64,000 nucleotides of DNA, taken from the NCBI RefSeq assembly GCF_000150275.1, contig NW_002060946.1:1326202-1390201 (forward strand), in the 5' to 3' direction. The stretch comes from Trichoplax adhaerens. Taxonomy: Eukaryota; Animalia; Placozoa. The notes under the pieces were generated by a model, which saw only the letters and a program-made list of their open reading frames with translations, made no database searches and had not been told where the DNA came from. A program made the position numbers and the translations under genes. Shown here piece after piece: positions 58,001-64,000 of this stretch; the first letter of the stretch is position 1, and each line of letters starts with the position of its first letter.

Positions 58001-58866
58001 ATCGTTTTAAAGTTGTATAATGAAACAAATTCATCGTCGTATAATACGTAATAACTATCTAAATATCAGAAATATTTAGCTCTGATAACCTTTTGTAGAA
58101 ATGTCACGATACGTATGGATAGCAAACCGCGAACAATGAGTATTAATCTAGGCAATTTTTATAGCTGTAATTTTATTACTTTGATGTTCTAATTCATAAT
58201 TACAGACTGTAAAGCAAGCAATTGATGAATTTAAAGTCTTATTTACTTGCATGCAACGTAGAGTTGAACAGGCGGAACGAGTTGTCTTATTAGTTTTTAA
58301 TATATGAATAAAAGTATTTAATAGTGCCATACTTTATGGAAACAGCAAAGCTTTAAAGCGGCATGAAGATAGTTGCGAATCAATTAATTTAAACTACTTC
58401 TCAATAAATCCTTTTATAGCTTACTAGATTTACTGATAGTGGCTTTAAGAACTTTTATACTCGAAAGAGTATTATCAATGTCCACTATCACAACTTTTGC
58501 AAGTTATTTAAATTTATATCACAGCGATAAATGCAAACAGCTACATTTCAAGGAGTAGCTAGAATTAAACAGGACGTATGGAACGAATTGCAATCGATTT
58601 GATCTATTTTTTAATTTTTTTTATGAATCAGCGTATTATTCAAAGGCTACATAGGCGTTCTGTTAGTATTGTTATGTAAATAAACCAAAGCCTCATTTTA
58701 AAGATGCCAATAATATAAATTTATTTTAGCATAATGTTACGATGCGTAAGCTCGTCCTAATTATAATTATTGAGTAATATTAAATATTGCTTGTGTGGAT
58801 TGACGTTTTGTTAATTGTCATTTCTTCATATAACTTGTTTAATCTTTGATTAATATGATAATGCAC

Positions 58867-59158
58867 TGTTAATTCCTTTTTAGTTCGTTAGTCGGTTAGA
58901 TAGTCAACTAGTTTTCAATTGATATTTAATTGTGAAGACTATAATCTTGGGTGCCAAGATTCCTTCAGTAATAAATGATAGTAAATCTCTGACTATCTCG
59001 TCTACATCATCTGTGACGCTATAATTATACCATAGTATTCGGTTGTCGGAACTGAATTAGTTGGTGATATAGCTAATCTCGCCTCTTTAAGTTAGTAAGT
59101 GGCGTTCTCCGCAAGGATTGGCGTGTGTAGACTACTTTGTCACTAGTGGTGTGTGACA
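58867..59158 (+). mobile_element. Solo LTR-like element, family A copy 2 (292 bp)
   Basis: Reverse complement of 19966-20258, with 9 substitutions and 1 indel by manual alignment. TG...CA ends. Flanks TGCAC/CATAA do not form a TSD. Confidence 0.85.
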
Positions 59159-59745
59159 CATAAATACGATGTATGACAGTTACTTAAGTATAAAACTTAT
59201 GGAAAATCACTTTGTCCTACTATACTTTTATAACACGTACGCAAATAATTTTTTTTATTTAATTAAGGTGGGGAATATTTCATATAGATTCAAGTAGCCG
59301 ATGACATAGATACGAGTTGTAATTTGGCGCTAAATAATAGATCTCCTTTTTATTCTTTATATTTAAGCAATTAGCTATTAGTATAAATTCAGGATGAAAT
59401 TTCAGGTACTTTATCATAGTCAGAGCGAGATATTTTGCTTCTATTAACAGTTGACTTGAGTATTAGAGCAACACAAAATCTATTAATTTTAAGCTTCGTT
59501 GCAGCCATCACAGTCACGATAGGAAAGTTAGTTCGTAATTGAGGTTGATGTATTGCATGAATCAAAACTACCTTTATATATTCAATTTAACCCAGCGGGG
59601 CCATCTAAGTCAATTGAACTACAGAAATAAAGAAATATTTTAATTATATATCTCGACATAAGTCTAAAAAACTGACTCATAGTTTTCATAATCATATTAG
59701 TAATAGCAAACTGAGTGAAGTAATCCTTACACATTATAGTTTAGC

Positions 59746-60470
59746 ATGTTGAAGATACTACTTTTTCTTGTTCTTGCAGCTATATTACCTTTGGTAGAGC
59801 TAGTTGTAAGTTAGATATTTCTCGTTTCAATCTCATATTATATCAAGCTCGCGAAAATGTTATTATACTCTATATGATCTGGATTGAAAATCCGTTTAGT
59901 AGCTATTCAGATTTTGAATCTGAGCCACCTTTCGTTTGGACGTTAATAGAATCGCTATCATTTAAGAATTATAAGGATGTAACGTATCATAGAGGATTTC
60001 CTGTGGATGCCCCATTTAGTGAATGCAATTCATCGTGGGCCTTATTTCGCTTAAGTGCTGCTAAAATGAGTTCTATTATAGCTGCATATGGATCAGTACA
60101 TTTTCCCGCAATATGCAATTTTAATCCAAATATAGGAACAAGATTAAAAAATCGTCGTGATTATTCAAGATAATCAGCTTGTAAGAAGCGTAATACTCTT
60201 GGCAATCAGTGGAATCAGTACATTGAAGTAGGCTATATCAAGAAAAGTTCATGCGTAAGGTGCAAGATACCATTCTATAGCTCTTCAGATGCTCATGTCC
60301 ATCTGTATGTCACTGTAGTACCAAACCATTGCGTCACTTTCAAAGTTAATGGCATTACCCATCATGAAGACGTTTTCGGTCATTACGGAGCTCGTCCGTC
60401 TGGCTTCTCTTGCCTAGCCAATTACAATTCAACTACTAATTGGTAGATTGATGGCATTTACGTTGAATGA
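59746..60470 (+). pseudogene. Array copy 10: pseudogene (plus-strand subfamily)
   Basis: Exon 1 (59746-59805) MLKILLFLVLAAILPLVELV followed by GTAAGT. The start of exon 2 is deleted or frameshifted. DFESEPPFVWTLIES is retained. Premature TAA at 60171-60173 and NW*IDG (TAG 60444-60446). Confidence 0.85.
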
Positions 60471-62374
60471 ATTTTGGTCGGCTTGAGTTATTTTTCTGCA
60501 TGATGCGAAATCTTAATCATTTTAAGACGCTTATATTTAAGCAATTTGACTGTCTCAAAGAACTTCTAGTTCTGATCCATTTAAATTATTGTAATTTAAG
60601 ATACAGTGCAAATATGTCATAATTGATTGTAAATTCGATATTTACAGTTTATTACGGTAATAAATCTGTCTTCACTGCTATCACTTACAGTACATGTATG
60701 ATATATGAAATTATGGAGAATTTATCCTACATTTTTACGGCTAGTGGAAAGAACTAAAACGTTAGATGTGGCGCTTGAATTTACATTGATATATTGGCCA
60801 TTTCCATGATAATGTATAAATTTATGATCATATCAATTTGTATCATAAAAATATTTGTACCATACCGTAGCATAATAGACATTTTCTTAGTATCCAACTA
60901 GTGCATTTCCTCGCTCGTGATATTTCGTGTAACTAGTTTACTGATCACCATACTTCAGTCTATGTTATGCAGTCTATGCTGCAATAATTGCATAGCGAAA
61001 TGCAATCGCGGCAGATCGAATGATCCCCGATTTGGTTTTATTAACAAATCTAAATCAGAAAATTTAGGAAGCTGTAGCAGAACAGAAATCTTTGGATTGT
61101 TACTTTATAATCTTCACATCTGCTTAAGTAATCGATGTGTGAGAAGAAAAAGATGATATTATGTGATAGGTAGCTATTATTGGCAAGATTACTTTAATTA
61201 GCTTATTTGGTAGCTATCACGGTAATACCTGGATCAATGAAACGGACTGCTCAAATGATTTTGTTGCATATTTTGGATATATTGGTAATAGAGCATGACG
61301 GCGATGCAATGATACTGCTACATTAATATAAATATGAATGTAAAACAACGTTGAAACCAATATCGTAGCGGGTATAAATGGATCCATAGAGATTGACTCT
61401 TTCTGTAAACAGTTTATGACTTCAGATTATATGATGTTTTAGTTAACTTCTCTGCGAATTCAGTATGTATTGTATTCTAAATGCCGACATTAGTCGATAT
61501 GATTAACTAAGATATTTTTTATAAAATAGCTGCATATGCAACATGGTTATATGTAAAATTAACTGTAGCTAGAGTAATTGCCCGTTCTAACATTTCTCTT
61601 TCTTATTAAATAATAACTCTAATTTGACCGCGATCAGTTAACCCTAAGAAGATCAAATAGTGTATTATTTCATTCATGTGTGTGGCAGTCAAGCTCATGA
61701 TGGAGAGTTAAATATTAAAAAAAACTGTACCTCTAAGAAATAAGAAAGCGAGAGCATTAGGATTATTTAATCCATTACGTATTGCTATAAAATTGGTTTC
61801 CCTTACACCTAGAAAGTGATCTAATGATATAACAATATTAAATCATAATTTTATAATAGAAATAATTTTCTCCTTTCAATCATTACAACTCGAAAAGTGG
61901 TTGGACTATTATTTATGAATCAATACAGCTACAAGTTTTCTAACGTAAAAAATGACCGGCATTGATCAATTATGACCTTTGTCTTCGTTTATTTCACTTT
62001 GTACTAGTACAGTAGGGAATCCTGTTAAGCTTATGTGAGTGAGGCTCAAAATATTCCATTCTCAATCAAATTTATTGTTGCAGAATATTAGCAGGCGCTA
62101 AATTGAGGCTGGTTCGAGATCGAAATCAAAATAATAATTATTTCTTTTCGGCTTGATACCATTCAATAGAATGTTTAAGATTTACGTAAAGAATTTAGCA
62201 CCAGATATAGACTACAATATTACAGGATATAAATAGCTACGTCAGTACAGTTTTTCCATCATTTTCTTTCGGGTACAAGATCCAGTAAATCACACTTCTC
62301 AATAATACGGGTATATTTCCTAGAAATAACTTCTTGCTCGCTATCGTCTTGTTACTCATTGTTTAACTTACAAA

Positions 62375-63251
62375 ATGTCCAAATTCATTGCACTTGTTCT
62401 CGTCATTGCGACTTTTCTACCCAATGGAATGTCATCGGTATAGCTAATTATTTAACTTATCTTTTTTAACCATTACGCTATCGATAGAACTATACTAAAA
62501 ATTCCATTGCTACTTCGATATATAATCAATACGAAATGATATTGTTGTCTCATAATAGGTTATCAAACATCACCCCAAATCGTGTTATGAAGTCAAAGAG
62601 TATCTTCAAGCGACTGAAAATGGATATTACAACTTATTCGATAGCTTAAGCAGTCCTTATACGACATATTGTGATTTCGAATCAGAACCACCGTTCGTAT
62701 GGACATTAATAGAGTCATTTTCTTTAGAAGAAGGTCAAAAAACAATTAATCGAAAAGGCTTTGTTGAAAATCATCCAGTTGGAGAATGTCATCTGTCATG
62801 GGCAGCATTTCGACTATCCAAAATCAGAATGGATACGGTTTTTGGCTCGTATGGATCAACACATTATCGTGCAACGTGTAATTTTAATGTTGTTAATGGA
62901 ACAGGATTAGTAAATCGTGTCGATTACATGCGTGGAGAGTTTTGTCATAATACGTATATATTTAAGTCTTATGGTGCATATCTATGCCGTGTCGTTGATT
63001 ATGTGAATATACGTGGACACGTCTGTCGCAAGTGTACATTGCCATTTTATGCTACAACAACCTACCATAATCATATCGATCTTACCTATTCGGCTTCTCA
63101 CTGTAGCAAATTCGCTGTTCCAGATGCGATTACGAATGAAGATGTTTTCGGCCAATATTCTAATTCTAATCCCTTATTTTCGTGTGTAGCTAATAAAAAC
63201 TCTACGACCAATTGGTGGATCGGTGGAGCTTATGTTGCAGAAGCATTTTAG
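62375..63251 (+). CDS. Array copy 11 (intact, divergent plus-strand subfamily), 251 aa
   Basis: Exon 1 (62375-62437) MSKFIALVLVIATFLPNGMSS. Exon 2 (62559-63251) is open (VIKHHPKSCYEVKEYLQATENGYYNLFD...YCDFESEPPFVWTLIES...TTNWWIGGAYVAEAF*) with the same 10 Cys. TATAAATA at ~62228. Confidence 0.9.
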
Positions 63252-64000
63252 AATTCTAGTATTTTGAAGACATGTATCCTGATCATCAGGGATGAAGGCC
63301 AACTTTACTGCATTTTACTCTAATTTAACTTTTGATCAATAATTATACTTGTAATGCAATATTAGATAGTGGTGTTAAATATTTTAGTACTAGCAGTATT
63401 TCTTAGGATATGACGTAAAAATCTTTCTGGAACAGTTTTTGAAAAGAAATCGACAAGTATAGCAGGGCACGATTTCTGGTAGATAAATGATCAATTTTAC
63501 GATAACTAATTGTAGTTATGTATAATTGCGCTGAGATTCTGAGTAGAAACTATATTACAAGCATACTCATATTTTTTTCGATATATCCTACGTTTGCTAT
63601 TGTAATCATTTTAGTTGCTCTGCACGTTAATATGCCATCATAGACTACAGGTATTTTCTTTTCTTGCTTATGCTACGAATTTAATAAATTTTTTTTTTAT
63701 CTTATTTGACAACTTGAAACAATATCACCTTAATAAATCAAATGTCAATAGATCTATTGAAACCAGAAAGGAAATGATAATAAATAGGGAGTAAATCCGT
63801 TATTCGTTACTAAATCGCATGATAAAGTGACATATTTTAGTCAGCTGCAGTTCTCTTAGCTACTGCTTCCGATAGTTTAATTGAAGGAGATTAGCATATT
63901 TTGTGCCTCAAATTTATTGCTTTGAAACCGGTTTAAGTGATGTGGATAAAGGTACTCGTATACTCGTAAATAAATTTCAGAGCAAATGGTTTTAAGTAAA

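Noticed and set aside
19966-59158. A single full-length 39-kb LTR retrotransposon or TIR transposon bounded by the two family A copies
   Set aside because: The copies are inverted rather than direct, copy 1 has its own TSD, the outer flanks (TGGAT/CATAA) do not match, and there is no gag/pol or transposase between them.
28928-61156. Numerous 60-105-aa I/L/F/Y-rich ORFs in array spacers (e.g. 30459-30770, 38671-38943, 49906-50211)
   Set aside because: Composition is what AT-rich non-coding DNA gives, with no homology to the family or known proteins. 49906-50211 overlaps the copy 8 promoter.

Overview
Eukaryotic, AT-rich, intron-dense animal DNA. The short introns and gene content are most consistent with a placozoan (Trichoplax-like) genome; this is an inference. 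The left third holds two conserved minus-strand multi-exon genes: the 5' part of a MAGI scaffold gene (PDZ0-GK-WW-WW-PDZ1-PDZ2, running off the left edge) and a complete WASHC4/SWIP (10622-18957). Each has CAGTA/TACTG-rich sequence upstream. The remaining ~43 kb (20.4-63.3 kb) is a tandem array of at least 11 copies of one two-exon gene: a signal-peptide exon plus a ~227-aa exon with 10 invariant Cys, a fibrinogen/intelectin-like N-terminal part and a TTNWWIGG C-terminus. Five copies are intact and six are pseudogenes; nine are on the minus strand and two on the plus strand. The ORF track misses the true starts because of splicing. The copies share a framework but differ strongly in C-terminal loops, and several share a TATA + TGACTCA promoter module. 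Solo-LTR-like elements (TG...CA, some with target-site duplications) are interspersed. The best candidate for an undescribed system is this diversified secreted lectin-like/immune-effector family evolving by birth and death.
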